From: Podarcis liolepis
Taxonomy: Eukaryota
Reading direction: 5' to 3' (one strand)
DNA: 64,000 bases
Assembly (NCBI GenBank): GCA_965112155.1
Contig: OZ218099.1
Shown in pieces: positions 25,801 to 38,422 of this stretch. Under the pieces are notes generated by a model that did no database searches, had not been told where the DNA came from, and saw nothing but the letters and a program-made list of their open reading frames with translations. Position 1 is the stretch's first letter. Each line of letters starts with the position of its first letter. The position numbers were made by a program, and so were the translations under genes.

Positions 25801-28800
25801 CTGCATGTGGAAGTTGTGTTACTTCCACTGACCTTGTATGTACTCAAACTTTCAGTAGCTAGTCTTACACATTTTTTGTTGCACAGGTATGCCAATGTCT
25901 TCTTGCAGCCTGTGACCGATGATATAGCTCCAGGTTACCACAGTATTGTACAGAGGTGAGTCACCCGTTTTTGCATTAGTTTTGATGCCATCTGTCACAG
26001 ATCTGTCCTGGATGTCGGTCAGCCTGCAGATTTCAGACACTGCCGGCATTTACCTGGGACAGTCTCTTCAATCTAGCATTAATAAAGTTGATCAGGTACA
26101 GTGATCAGATTCTTGGCAGAAGTGGGGAGAACAGCTAGTTTAGTTCTTTTTAAATATATTTTTAGATTGTATTAATAAATTTAATTTCTTCGGTAACGTT
26201 TGTCTGCTGTTTTATTGACAGGCCAATGGATTTATCAACCATTAAGAAGAATATTGAGAATGGGCTAATCCGGACCACAGCAGAGTTCCAACGTGATATC
26301 ATGCTGATGTTCCAAAATGCTGTCATGTACAACAGCTCTGACCATGATGTATACCACATGGCTGTGGAAATGCAGCGAGATGTCTTGGAGCAGATTCAGG
26401 TAAAGCCACAGTCAGAAGTTTTCAGTGGGGCACTGTTCTTATCCTGATGTTGTATGGGAAGCACTGAGTACACTAGGGAAGATGCCTGCTCATTGCGGCA
26501 TCTTTATTGTCTCATTAGCTTTTAAGATCCTCTTGGAGGTTAAACCTGGTGTCTGACCATCCCTGCATGATTTACCATTCCTACGATCAATCAAAAGGAA
26601 TGCAGGCTTAGAAACAAACCAGTAAACTGAAGTTACCTCCATTGTTTCTGTAGCAAGCCACTAAACTTGCATTCATGTTGAGAACCTTAATAGCTATTAT
26701 GTGGTTTCTTGCAGCAATTTCTAGCCACACAGTTGATCATGCAGACGTCTGAGTCTGGGATCAGTGCAAAAAGTCTGCGTGGACGAGATTCCACTCGGAA
26801 ACAAGATGCTTCAGAGAAGGTGGGGGCTAACAAGAACCTTTGATTTGTTTGGGGGAGGTTGTTTGAGCCATTTGATAGATGCATCCATTTGAGGGGGAGT
26901 AGAGGAGCTTTGGAATCCTTCATTTAGAAGTCTCATTCGGAATAGAAATTGGCTTACCCTTTCAGTTTAATTAATAACAAAGATGGCTGTGGCAGTCCCT
27001 CTCCCTTGCCCCCATATCCTGCGTTTTTCAATATCTAGTACACTGAAAAAATAATTTGTCCTTGAAGTTGAGGATTGCTACCAAATGAGGAGGGCTGGCA
27101 TTTCAGTGTGTGAAGAGCAGCTCTATTCTGTTATCTGAGTGGTGGGTTAGAGACAGAGAAGTCACTTTTCCAAAACTTGAAGTCAGGAGACTTTACTTGA
27201 AGTCAGGAGCCCAATTGAGACACGCTTTTTTGGTTTAGACCAGGGGTTCTCAAATTTCTACCCCCAGCACCAACTTGAGATGATTGAACATTATTGAGGT
27301 GAACCAGTCAGAAAGTAGTGGCAGAGGGAGGAAGAGCTTGCCATAATTGGCTAGCAAATTGCTGTCCTTGTTGTTGCAAGGAGTTCCATAGCTCACCTTT
27401 CCTCAAGCTAAGTACAAACATTACTCTGCAAGTATTGTGGCTGTCTCCCCATATTAAGCCAGATTCACTGATTCAGATATTCTAAGTGGAGAAGTCTTTT
27501 TCTTTTATATTTTTCCCTTTCCACCTGCACCTGCATTTTAAAGCAGTATTACCCATCTCTTCTTATTCTCCTTTCACACTCAACTTGTACTTATTTCCCC
27601 ACCCACCCACCAACCAACCCAAACTGCCTGTTTCATTCCTCTTCTCTGATCCTTTTACATTCACTTCCTATAATAGCTTTCCTTTCTTAGACCCTTCTTT
27701 TTTATTCCCAGTTTGTTTATTTTCTTATTAGTATCAATAATAACAATAAATATTAATCTTTTATCTTACTTTCTAACTTCCTTCAACACCTCTTCTGTCC
27801 CTTTTCCCTGAGAGGAGGGAGACCTCCTTTACCTCCTCCCCACCTGAACTTTCTTGCCTTCTGATTAGAATTTGCTGGTGCTGCCTTTGGTCCAGCCAAA
27901 AGGCTATAGTGCAGTTAGGAGGCAAGTGAGGAAGCACAGGGGAGGCTGTGACACTGAGGATGCTAGAAAGTGGCCCAAGGCCCTCTGGTGGGTCCCAGAC
28001 CATGGTTTGAGAAACCGTGGTTTAGACTGCCACGTTGTCCTGTCTTGTTGTCTTCCTGTGTGTGGGGGTGCGTATATTTCCATCAAATTCATTTGCTACT
28101 TCTGTTTGTCTTTTAACAGGACAGTGTCCCCATGGGCTCCCCTGCCTTCCTCCTTTCTCTCTTTGTAAGTACTTAATGATTACGCTTTCAGCAGCACAAT
28201 AACAATATGGGGACTGTGTCTGCATGATGAGGGGCTTTCTAAAATTACAATCAGACTATGGTCATATTTGGGTTGCAGAAACACATGAAATGTCTCTACC
28301 CCCTTGTGCTTCAGTGTATTGTTTCGTGATTGGAGGTCTGGGGGAAAGTGGGGGACTTTTTGTTATTTCTGGCTGCAGGCTGCTCACTTCCTTTCATTTC
28401 TTCAGTCTTTCTCCTTCCATTCTGGCTTTGGGTAGATCACAAGACTCTACATTTAAAAAAGGCAACTCTTGCATAGAGGGTAAAGTTACGCACTAAAGTC
28501 CACATTGCAGAGTAATATCCTTGGCTTGCGGCTCTTCCCTTGTTTTCTCTGCACCCCTATGTTGGATTTAATTATTCACATCTAAAGCTTGGTTCCTGCC
28601 TTCGTAGCTCACAGGACTCTCAGAGCAGCTTTCTGTAAGACATAACACAGCAATAAAATTGTGAAATTATTCTGAGAATTGCAGAGGAAAAGATCCCCAG
28701 GAAGGGTTGTATCAATAACAGCTTCCCCTGCTGTAAAGAGAAATCTAGTTACATATGAGCTGCTGTTTCATACATACTTCTTGCAACAGTTTGTGTTGAA

Positions 28801-29526
28801 GCCTCCTCCAAACTATGGGATAGTTCTAGACAGTGTACTTTGCAAGAAGACTAAAATACAGTGTTTTGTTTCCATGGATGCAGCCATGGTCCTATAGTAA
28901 GAAAGCTGCTGTTCTGCCCAAAGATGTGTTTTGGCAGGTTCATCCTCCACCCAAGGGAATGCGGGCAGGGATTGTTTTCTAATGCCTATTTATTAAAGAC
29001 AGAGAAGCATGAGGAAAGGCAGCCAGATGGAGTGGGCAGCAGATGGAAGTGATCTCTCTAGCTTCCGTACATTCACAGAGAGCCGCTGTGAGGACATGCT
29101 AGGGAGATAGTGGCAGGGTCACCCACCTGGAAGAGAACTTCTGTAAAGAGCAGCAGTTGATCAGGTATGTTAGTCAGCATCCTTTCTGCCCACTGAAAGA
29201 AATGACTTGGAACTTTTCACATGGGGCAAACACATCATCACATATGCCAATGCCAAAAGTCCATTTCCCCCTTTCCCCTTTTGAGTTCACATGCAAACTC
29301 TGTAGCTGGTTTCATACAGTAGTCCTCTGTGTTTTAGGAAGGCAAGTGGTACTGCCTGTCTGTGCAGTCTGTCTTTCCTGGCAACACAGATGGCAGCCAG
29401 CAGTCTTTCCTTTTGTCACAGTCTTGCTAATAACAGTGCCTTCCCTTCTCTTTGCATTTTGATTAGGATGGGGGAACCAGAGGCCGGCGTTGTGCCATTG
29501 AAGCAGATATGAAGATGAAGAAATGA
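11576..29526 (+). CDS. BRD8: BRD8, bromodomain-containing protein 8 (NuA4/TIP60 subunit), short single-bromodomain isoform, ~941 aa
   Basis: Exons 11576-11594, 12296-12392, 12643-12712, 13005-13054, 14030-14152, 14259-14339, 14775-14839, 15341-15477, 15831-16046, 17929-18073, 20006-20215, 20629-20909, 21272-21706, 22397-22490, 22613-22659, 23852-24057, 24421-24513, 25887-25955, 26222-26399, 26715-26819, 28120-28164, 29467-29526 total 2826 nt in frame. N-terminus MAAGTGKHKLLSAGPTEPWSIREKLCLASSVMRSGDQNW; bromodomain YANVFLQPV...PMDLSTIKKNIENG...AVMYN; C-terminus DGGTRGRRCAIEADMKMKK*. Confidence 0.96.
11850..11897 (-). mobile_element. Sauria SINE 3' terminal fragment
   Basis: AGGTAAAGGGACCCCTGACCATTAGGTCCAGTCGTGGCCGACTCTGGG is the reverse of the Sauria-SINE/BovB-like tail ending in CCTTTACCT (recognised from memory). 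Confidence 0.6.
12418..12553 (-). mobile_element. L2 LINE 3' UTR fragment
   Basis: Same tail as 8176-8472: (AAT)n...CCCCGCCCATCTGGCTGGGTTTCCC...GGCGGCTTCCAACA. Confidence 0.75.
16789..16831. repeat. (TG)n microsatellite
   Basis: Direct reading. Confidence 0.95.
18473..18590 (+). mobile_element. Decayed Penelope-like terminal repeat with a partial inverted arm and a mutated hammerhead
   Basis: Homologous to 40538-40763 (GGTATCTGAAG..TGTGCATGTACACAAAAGCTCAT...TTAGTTGGTCTTTAAGGTGCTACTGGAAGGAATTTTTT); inverted arm at 18473-18503. Confidence 0.75.
24551..25088. mobile_element. hAT-like non-autonomous element (degenerate)
   Basis: CAGGAATGGGGAAC... / ...GTTCCCTACCCCCTG ends; subterminal TTGACAGG/CCGTCAA motifs shared with 58902-59230. 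Confidence 0.45.
27241..28019. mobile_element. hAT non-autonomous DNA transposon
   Basis: 8-bp TSD GTTTAGAC at 27233-27240 and 28020-28027; TIRs CAGGGGTTCTCAAA / TTTGAGAAACCGTG. Confidence 0.8.
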
Positions 29527-29837
29527 TGCTGAAGATAAGAAACAGCCCAGTCTTTGGTATCTGAACCCAGGAAGCAAAATGAGAACCTTCCTGATCCTGA
29601 GGATGAAATGGCTATGGACAGGGAAGGGCTGACCTGTCAATAATAAAGAATATCTATCATCCTGGAATGTGTAACCAGGGTAATCCCAGAAACAAGAGAG
29701 CAGCCCCACTGCCTGTTGTAGGGCAGCAGTATTGGGGTCCTATTAGTGTCCTCATATTAGCTAGCAACTGGTGGCTAGTACGTACTGTAATGTGAAGTGT
29801 ACAGATTTTTTTGTATTTGTGGAGTGTAAATGTGTAT

Positions 29838-29843
29838 AATAAA
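29838..29843 (+). terminator. Candidate poly(A) signal for the BRD8 short isoform
   Basis: AATAAA ~310 nt after the stop, preceded by TGTA elements. An alternative AATAAA lies at 29642-29647. Confidence 0.55.
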
Positions 29844-32249
29844 CTGTAGTAGAGAATCCTGTAGAGGAAGGCGTGCTGGCTGCATTGATTTATTTACATT
29901 ACCACCCTCTCTAAGAAAAACTTGTTTGTAAAGACCTACACATACTGTGAATCAATGTTTTGACTACGTAGTCCAGAATGGCAAATCCATCAGCTAGATC
30001 AGACCTGCCAAGCAATTTCAAACAGGTCTGCTAGCTCCCATCTTCCTTCCCATCATAAAGAGACGTCTCTCCTCCCAGCCCAGGTGCTGAAAAAATAGTT
30101 GCCTCTGCTCTTCAGAGATCTGTTGCTGAAGAGCAAAAGGAAACAATTGTATTTTCCATTGCAGTTTTGGTCTTTCTGGAGGAGTTTGAACTAGTCTATC
30201 AAACCCAGTGCTGTGATAGATGAGTTTCTGCCTGTCTCTAGATGCAGGATAGTAACGTTAACGTTGGCCGTGGCCCTCTGCTGGCATGTGGTAGTCCAGT
30301 ACTGTCTCTTCTCATTGGCTATGTGCTATGTGTGCCCAGACACTCTAATGTTTCAAAACATGAGGTCATAGCAAGGAGGAGAGAGCATGGAGCAGCAGCC
30401 TGGCTGCCTCAGGTGGCACAACCCACAGGGAAGTGGCTATGGGGGGGAGAGACTAAGGCAGAAGTGGGGAAGAGGGAAGCAGACAGAGAGACAGACTAAA
30501 AAGCCTAGAATGGATCTGCAGTTTCCTCCTTCCTTACTGTTGCTGCTGGAGCTAAGTATCCCACCATTGCTTACAGATACAGATGCAGGCAGAAGCTGCA
30601 GCCTTTTTCTTTTGCCTGTGTCTGTCTCATGGCTCTGTCTCCCTCCAAGCACCACTTGCCTCCTTCCTAGGACAGGAAGATGATGAAACCATAATCTGTT
30701 TTGGTCAATTTGGTTTAACTCATCTGTTTAAAGGTCATGACATTTCGTTATCACGGCAGCAAAAATTTGGTATTTTTTGTTAAGTTGATAATAAAAAGTT
30801 ACATTTTAGTTTCTTCAGTTTATTTATCAAACAATGTCCTTTATGATTATGTATTCAATAAATATTCATCCTTGGAAAAAATGCAAAACCCCTGCATACA
30901 CACCCTCATTAAATGTGCTGTGCACAGCTATGCTCATTGGTAGTGACTCTGCAAGGCAGGGATGGGAAGCCTGTGGCTTTCCAGATGATGTTGAACTTCA
31001 ACTCCTGTCAGCTCTGACTATTGGTCATACCGACTGCACTTGATAGAAGTTGGAGTCTAACAACAAGATCTCCATGCCTGATCCAATATCATGGATAGGT
31101 GTCCCTTCCTAGCCCTGCTACTTAAGAACTCTTTCTCCCTTGCCCACTTTTCAAACTGGAGACGCCAAAGACTTGAAACTATGATTGTTTAGGTCTTATA
31201 GGGGCAGCCAGCTGGTGTGCAGAGGCCTTCATTGTGGTTCCTACCTTCTGGGAGCGACATGTCATTGTTGGCTGCAGCCAGAGACAAACGTGCTCAGAGA
31301 AATGGATGTGATTTTTCACCTTTGTACAGTAGGCTACATTACAACTGTGTGGATGTTTCTATACACCTACAGTACACCTGTCCTCCATACAAGCAAGCAA
31401 GACACATTTTAACCCAGCAAAAGCAGTCAAGGAGGGCACAGGAAAATAATATAATATTTTATTTTTATTACGACAGTCTGGGCGGCTTCCAACACATAAT
31501 AAAACAATAATAACAATCTGATCCAATATAAAAAAATCACAACTTTAAAATAGACAACTTATATCGAACAATGCAACACTCAACAACCCATCAGGATCTA
31601 ATAATACACAGTAAAATTAAACAACAGCAAATAATTAAACAGCTCACACATACCACAATAAAGAATACCAATCCATAATCAATAAAAATAACAGCAAATC
31701 ACAATGCATGAAAACCATAAAACATACAAAGGCTCAAATTGAAAAACACACAAATTATAAAACTACACCCACACCCACACACAAACATCCCTGAAATCCT
31801 CTCTTCCTAGCTGCTGCTGTTCTCAAAGTCACAGTCTGGGACAGGCTGGGTGGGGCAGATGGAAACACCAGTGCCTGAGTAGGAACAGAAAACACATGAG
31901 GGATGTGGGCTGAGGAGGGGAAATGGCTGGGGGAGAGTCCTGAGAGTTGGATAGAGAGCCCTGGGGACCCACCTAGGGCTCGTCAACCTCAGCTTCTCCA
32001 CCACTTTCGACCATGATATCTCCGCAAACGCTTCAATGTGTTGCTTCAAAACATACGTCTACTAAAATTTATATTCTCACCAATGAGAGTAAAATAAGAA
32101 ACCGTCATAATGTTTTAAGACATCCTCGGGTTTTGTCAGCAAAAACGACTTACTGATTTTCTCCACCCCAAAGAATCTTTCAGGGATAATCAAAAGAATA
32201 ACTGGATAATCATCAGTTGAGTGATCCCAGCATAAGCAATACAATTGGG

Positions 32250-32345
32250 TTTCAGGCAAAGGACATTCCTACCCGTACTTGGAGATACCAGGGTTTGATC
32301 CTGGTCCCTTCTGCAGGCAAAGCAGGTGCTCTGCCATTGAGCCAC
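32250..32345 (-). mobile_element. tRNA-derived SINE head (Squam3-like)
   Basis: The reverse strand reads GTGGCTCAATGGCAGAGCACCTGCTTTGCCTGCAGAAGGGACCAGGATCAAACCCTGG (A and B boxes). Confidence 0.6.
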
Positions 32346-32658
32346 TTCTGGGTTGCCCTGTTCCCAATCCCCACTGCTAGCAAACCTGGTGATATAACCC
32401 AAGACTTCAGCAACCCACTCCTGGCTCACCATTTGGATTGCTGTGGGACTTGGCAGATGTGCAGTACCACATAGACAATTAGAAGCTAGGGATAATTTTT
32501 GGTTAAAGTTCTTTCAAGTCACAGCTGAGAGCATTACCACAACAGATTTCAGGGTTTGAACTTGGCTCCTTTACTACCTGCTCGAACACCTGATCTGATC
32601 TGAAGCTAGCACGTGAGCGAGTGACAAACCCTCTTCCCATCTCATGTACCTCTTGTAG

Positions 32659-35600
32659 ATGGGTCACGTGTGGACCTGGCTGGAGTCCAAAGAAGAATTC
32701 TTCACGGAGTCTGAGAAGAGCAGCTGCTGCCAGTCTCCCCAGGACTCCCCAGGCTCTAGCTCAGATCTTGACCTGGAACTAGGCTGCTGGAGAAAGGGGG
32801 AAGAAACTGCTGAGGAGGAGGTCGAGGAGAGCAGCAGCCAAGAGGAGGAGAGTCAGCTGGGAACGAGTGGTCCTCTGGCATGGGAAGATGCCAGCAGAGG
32901 GGACCAAGAAGAGGCTGGGAGGTACAAGCAGGATGCTATCTTGAGGTTCCTGTCAGAGGTATGGCTGCTGATGGGTGCAGTTGAGGAAAAGGCGGAGGTG
33001 GTGGTGGGTGACCTTGTCAATTGGCTGAAAAAATAGTGCTCCCAGTCCACGTCGCAGACTGGCCATTTCTGTATGCAATTGGGTAAAGGTACCTGGAGGT
33101 AGAGGTTCAGAATAAATGTGTTGACAAGGGTTGGTGCCTGCCCTCTAATTCAAAAGTGGAAGGGGGTCTTTGCCCAGATGCACTTCTAATCACATGCCCA
33201 TGGAGTGTTATTCTGTGTTTTGGCTGCGTCTCTATCCTATGCCCGTTAGGACAAAAGATGTGTTGAATGGACAGATCTGCATATAGTTCTGTAATATCAC
33301 TAATTCTGTAATGGTCTTAAGCTGTTTAGCCTGTCACCCTCTCTTCCAGGTAACTCATTTGATGGAGCCCCTTTGCATTGGCAGCACATACCTGGCCCAG
33401 GGTCCACAGGCACCTTGCAGTGCTGGGGAGCTGCCTGGAAGGGGATTGCTGGATCATGAAGGAGACATAAAGGGATCTGTGATCCACCAGGAGGAGGAAG
33501 TGGCTAAAGGAAGTCAGCTTCAGGTTCTGAAAAAGAGAGCTACTTCCCAGGGAAGGGGAAAGTTGGCATTTCAGGTCTCAGAAGAGGTGCCAGTTATGAA
33601 TTGGGAAGCAGAAGGAATGGAAGAGCAACAGCATCTGTGTGAGGAGTCAGGAGACTCTCAGATTCAGGATGACAATCCTGATGGGGATTTGGAAAAGAAG
33701 ATGCCGCATAGCTTTGTGGAAAGTGCAGGAGAAACAGATGAAGATGACTACTCATTAGAGCTTACAAATGATACTTCCTTCAGTTGGAGAACGCTGAAGG
33801 ATGGGGTGCCACAAAACGTAGAGGTAAGTGGAGAAACTCTCACAAGTCGAGTTTTAGGACTAGGTCTCTGTCTCTGTGCCTCATCTCCCCATTTTGGGAT
33901 AGAGTGTGACTAGAGGTCATATTCTTTGGAAAGGAGAAGCACAGTGAAGTGAAAGTTGATAAGCACCAAGGGAAAGATGAAATCTGTGAGCTAGCCTTGA
34001 TTGTTGGTGGGAAGGGGGAAAGTGAGAACAAGTTGCTTGGGAGGGCTTGGCTGCTGGAGAAAAGATGGATCCACCCAGTTAGAATCCTTGTATCTTCCAT
34101 CATGGGCATCTGGCCCTAAGTTTGATATTCCAATTGTTACTTTGCCAATTCAGCTCATGCCTATTTTGTGTTCACCAGGAAGTGGCTGCGGAACGCACTG
34201 AAGAACAAGCTGAAGACTGGAAAGATTGTGACTTCCACCTGAGTTACAGCAACGATGACTCCAGTCCCTATGGAACACCCTTGATGAGCTCTCCTACCAC
34301 AAGTACAGCTTCTTTGCCTTTGTGAGTAATGGTGGCACAAAGCTCAGAAATGGCATCATGCCTACTCTTCAGGCTTAGTACTTTAAGTGTAGCCAGTCAT
34401 CTCACCATGCAATACTGCTCAGGTCTACTCAGAAGTAAACCCCACTGAGTTATGTGGGCCTGGCTCCCAGCTAAGCTTAGGTTGCAGCCTAAAGCTCCCT
34501 CTAGAAGAGGCGTGGGGAACTCTTTGTTAGGAAATAACTGGGGAATACTAGTTAATCCAGATATTCCATGTGTGGGGGAAATTACAAAAGAACAAAAAAC
34601 GGCTGACTGCCTGAATTAAAAAAACATGGGGCTGACTCACTCTGTAGTCAAAAGGGCCCCCAGCAGAGTTTAAAACTAAAATATATGCAGTGTTTGCAAA
34701 GCGTGGCAAATGTAGGTTGTTAGACCTTTAAATGTCCCAGTATTAAGCCCTGGGTACTAATTGTGTTCCCCTGTCTCTACCACTCTCAGAGTTAATAGAG
34801 CACAAACTTTCATAAGTTTAAATGCTTTACTTATATTAAGGAAAGGTTACACTCATGCATCAATCAATGCTACAGCAAAAACAACACAGGTAAAAACTTC
34901 CTGAGTACAAAATACGAAAAGGGTACCTTCAAGCGTGGAGTTTGGACAGGGAGCGCCAGCCTCATGTGTCTGGTCAGTTGCATGGTTCAAAAAGAAGAGG
35001 GAGAGAGGAGCAGGGAACAAACAATACTTCCCCCCTCCCTGAAGGTGAGGGGGTGTATCTTAGCTGTGCCTTCTCTAGAAATTTACAGTTCTGTGTTCCT
35101 TAACCCCTTCATTTACTAACTTTCATTGGTAAGTTGTACAAATTTCTTTTTCCATCGGGGGCTAACAAACCTTAGCTGCATCACTGGTCCAATAACACAT
35201 TTCATCCCACCAATTTCTTTTTCCTGATGGGAATAAATCTGTTCCGTTTCTTATCTGTATAGGATGCGGCTGAGCCAAGATGACCCTCTCCAGCAGCATT
35301 TGCTTTTCAAAAGAACTTTGTTGTCCATCTGGAAGATGGTGGCTGGCCACAGGTGTGTTATTAAGGTTTATGGAGGCGAAGAGGACTAAGGCTGCATCCA
35401 CAGTAGCACATCTTCATGGCTGCTTGATACTAACCATTCAAGAGCTAGTGCAGGTCACACAGCATCTTGTGATTTGTCTGTGTCTGCATGCCACTTCCTG
35501 TGAGGGTCCTCTCCTCCCCCCAATTTAAGAGATGCAACCTTTTGCACAGTCTGCTCTAGACTGAAATCTCCTGCTGTCCCACTTCCTGACGCTGCAGTTT

Positions 35601-38422
35601 TCCTCTTCCAAATTGCTTCAATTCTTGGAGTGGTGTAGCGTTGCATCTATACATTCAGTAACCTAGGCACCTTGCTTATTGCATTTACTGCATCTGCTAA
35701 TTTTTTTTAAATAGCAGAAATCGTCTCAGACTTGCTTCATGATCCTAAAATCCAATACACTCCTGAGATTATCACCCTGGGTTTTTTTGGCAAGCAGCAT
35801 CAAATTTATCAAGGTGGATTTGGGTAAACAGGAGCGACTGCCTGTATCTGGTGGTTATTAAGAGGGTGAACTATGTGTGTAAGGTGAGGGGTGGGTGGGT
35901 TGAAATTTAAGAGGAGGAAATATATAAACAGAGGAAATGTGCCAAAATTTAGTACTGATACAGTGAGAGTAAACCTAAGACTTTAAAGCCTGCGTGGAAA
36001 GACCAGAGTTGGATACTGAGGGAGTCAAAGCTCCAAGAGAAGAATGTTGTGGATCAAGCTCAGAGAGAACTGGTGAAAATATGGGGGAAGACACTGGGAT
36101 CCCCGGACTGAAGCCCGGAGGAAATGGAGTGTCCTATATGTATTAGGGTTAGGAATGTAGGAAGCCACCTTATACCAAATCAGACAATTAGTCCCTCCAG
36201 CTTAGCATTGTCTACTCTGACTGGCAGCTATCCTCCAGGTTTCAGACTAGGGACATTTTCAGTCTTGACTGGAGACTGAACTGCAATCATTTGCAACCAA
36301 AGCAGATGTTCTTCCATTGAGCTACAGCCCTTCCCTGTAATTAGAATTGGAAGGTGGAACAACAGCTGAATGTGTCCCTTTTTCTCAGCCTATCCTGGCC
36401 TGATTCTCTTAGTCTGACATTATGCATACACAGCATTCAGAGCTGCCCCCTGTAAAGCACAAACCTGTGCATGGTTCTACCCTGAGCATTTCACCCTTCC
36501 TTTCTAATTGTTATATTGTGATTTCTTAGCTGATTGACTTCCATCTGCCAATCACTGTCATCCCCACCAGTCATTCTGAGATACAGAAAAGGGTGTGGCA
36601 TGAAGTCCGGTGGTGAGTCAAGGGGTTGTGTAATGCACATGGGGAAGCCTATTTAGCTCTCTTCATCTCTGTCTCCCCCTTAGATACAGCGGCCCCTTTC
36701 TGAAGCCCGTTTCCGAGAAGCAGGCTCCTGGTTACAAAGATGTGGTGAAAAGGTCAGCTGAGAAAGTGGAGGGAGAGCTGGTACGGAGAATAAGGCTGTG
36801 AAGTGGCTACAAGTCACAACAACTGCCATGCTTGCAGTTTCAGCCGAATTGTCCAATGCCAGAGTCTATGATATGTTACAGGATCAGTTTCAGCTTATGC
36901 AGTCAAGTTGATATGGATAAGATGCTGGTGGCAATAGGTCTGACCACATGCCCTCTTCACCCCTGTCCCTCCTAGCTTCTTAAATCTACCAGAGGGAGTT
37001 TGATTCCTTGGGTCCAAGGCATGGAGAACATTTTATTGTATGATGGGGTGGTTCCAGCTGTCTTGAAAGAGACGGTGGTGTGAACACACTTGAAGAAACT
37101 GGCCCTGGGCCTTTCGACCTGGAGTAACTACTATCCAGTTGCAGCTACCAATTTCTTGGTGGTGGAGAGAGTAGTGGCAGGGCGGCTGCAAGCATTCTTG
37201 GATGACACAGAGCATTTAAACCCATTCCAATCTGGCTTCAGGCTTGGCTATGGCACCGAGTCAGATTTGCTCCTGCTTTTCTGCCTCTCTGCTGCTTTTG
37301 ATACCATTGTCCATATAGCCTCTTGTACTGGCTCCATGAAATGAGAAAAGGGGGGTTCCAGTCCTACCTACATTGAGAGAGTACTTTTTGGGCCCTTTGG
37401 TGGTTAAATTATGGGATCCTGCCAGGCACTATTTTATCCCCTATGCCATTGAATACCTATATGAAGCTGTTGGGAAGCAGTCATTAGGCATTTTGGGGCC
37501 AGATGCCATCAGTACACTTATGACACTCAGCTCTATTACTCCATAACATCTGGATCAGGAGAAGCCTTCCTGGATGCAATGGTGGGATCGATGAGGTTCA
37601 TGAGTCAGTCTCCCATTCCCTCCCCTTACCCACCCAATAATTATTATTGATTGAAAAGCAGTTAGGTAGAGGATGGGATTTGGATTGGGACTTCAGTACT
37701 GGGGCAGATTCCCTAACACGAATCACTCCCCCAGAGGCTATTGTTTAGATGAGAAAAGACAGTTGCCTGTATTGTACCCATCTTCCTATCTACCCACTTT
37801 GTGGATAATAGCAGCTTTAGTGTGTGGTTTATGTATTAAGAAGCAGTATGGGTATGTGAAGGGTTAAGCCCACCCCCAGAATCATCAAATACCTGATCCA
37901 AATTGAGGGAAGGGGCTAATTTCAACCAAAGAAAAGTATGTTTGAAGATTAAATCCACTGTACAACACAAGCCAGTAACTGCCACCACCCGCTGATGGAG
38001 GAACAGAAATTCTTACTCTAAGGATTGGATATTTCCTTTGAGAGCTATCTGGGCTACCAAGTTAAAATTCTGCTAGTTTCCAATCTATAACCGCCCAAAT
38101 CCTTCTTTGAGAGACAATATAATTTTTTCTTAACAACTTCGACAGAATGACAGACAATTGCAACTCACTTCTCCCTCCTTTCTGAAGGCCAGCCGATCTT
38201 TCCTCCATAAAGAGGAGCCTCTCCAAGGGCCGCATTCAGAATATGGTGCAGTTCCAGCGGGATCTCATGCTGATGTTCCAGAATGCCATCATGTACAATA
38301 ACTCCAACCACCATATACATCGCATTGCTCTGGAGATGCAACGAGAAGTCCTGGAGCAGCTTCAGATGCTGGGCGAGGCACTCCTGTGCTCGGAGGAAAT
38401 GCAGGGCTTTGTGAGAAGGTGA
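32659..38422 (+). CDS. BRD8: BRD8 long-isoform exons encoding an acidic linker and the second bromodomain
   Basis: Exons 32659-32958, 33350-33823, 34179-34321, 35263-35352, 36684-36752, 38188-38422 (TGA), in frame with exon 28120-28164. Peptides MGHVWTWLES, LRFLSEVTHLMEPLCI, LSQDDPLQQHLLFKRTLLSIWKMVAGHRYSGPFLKPVSEKQAPGYKDVVKRPADLSSIKRSLSKGRI...MFQNAIMYN match the mammalian long-isoform tail as recalled. Confidence 0.88.
34525..35167. mobile_element. Possible solo LTR
   Basis: 643-bp block bounded by inverted TGTTAG...CTAACA; no TSD found. Confidence 0.3.
36151..36335 (-). mobile_element. Squam3-like tRNA-derived SINE
   Basis: AGGAATGTAGGAAGCCACCTTATAC...TGAGCTACAGCCCTTCCC; homologous to 38684-39705 and 43121-43300. 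Confidence 0.7.
37010..37590 (+). mobile_element. Degraded L2 LINE RT fragment
   Basis: Remnants NYYPVA..FL.VVERVVAGRLQAFLDDTEHLNPFQSGFRLGYGTE and LSAAFDTIVH, with many indels. Confidence 0.7.

Noticed and set aside
31500-31795. G-poor, A/C-rich strand resembling a mitochondrial insertion
   Set aside because: No mitochondrial gene or tRNA is recognisable. It follows an L2 3' tail motif and is more simply an L2-associated low-complexity UTR.
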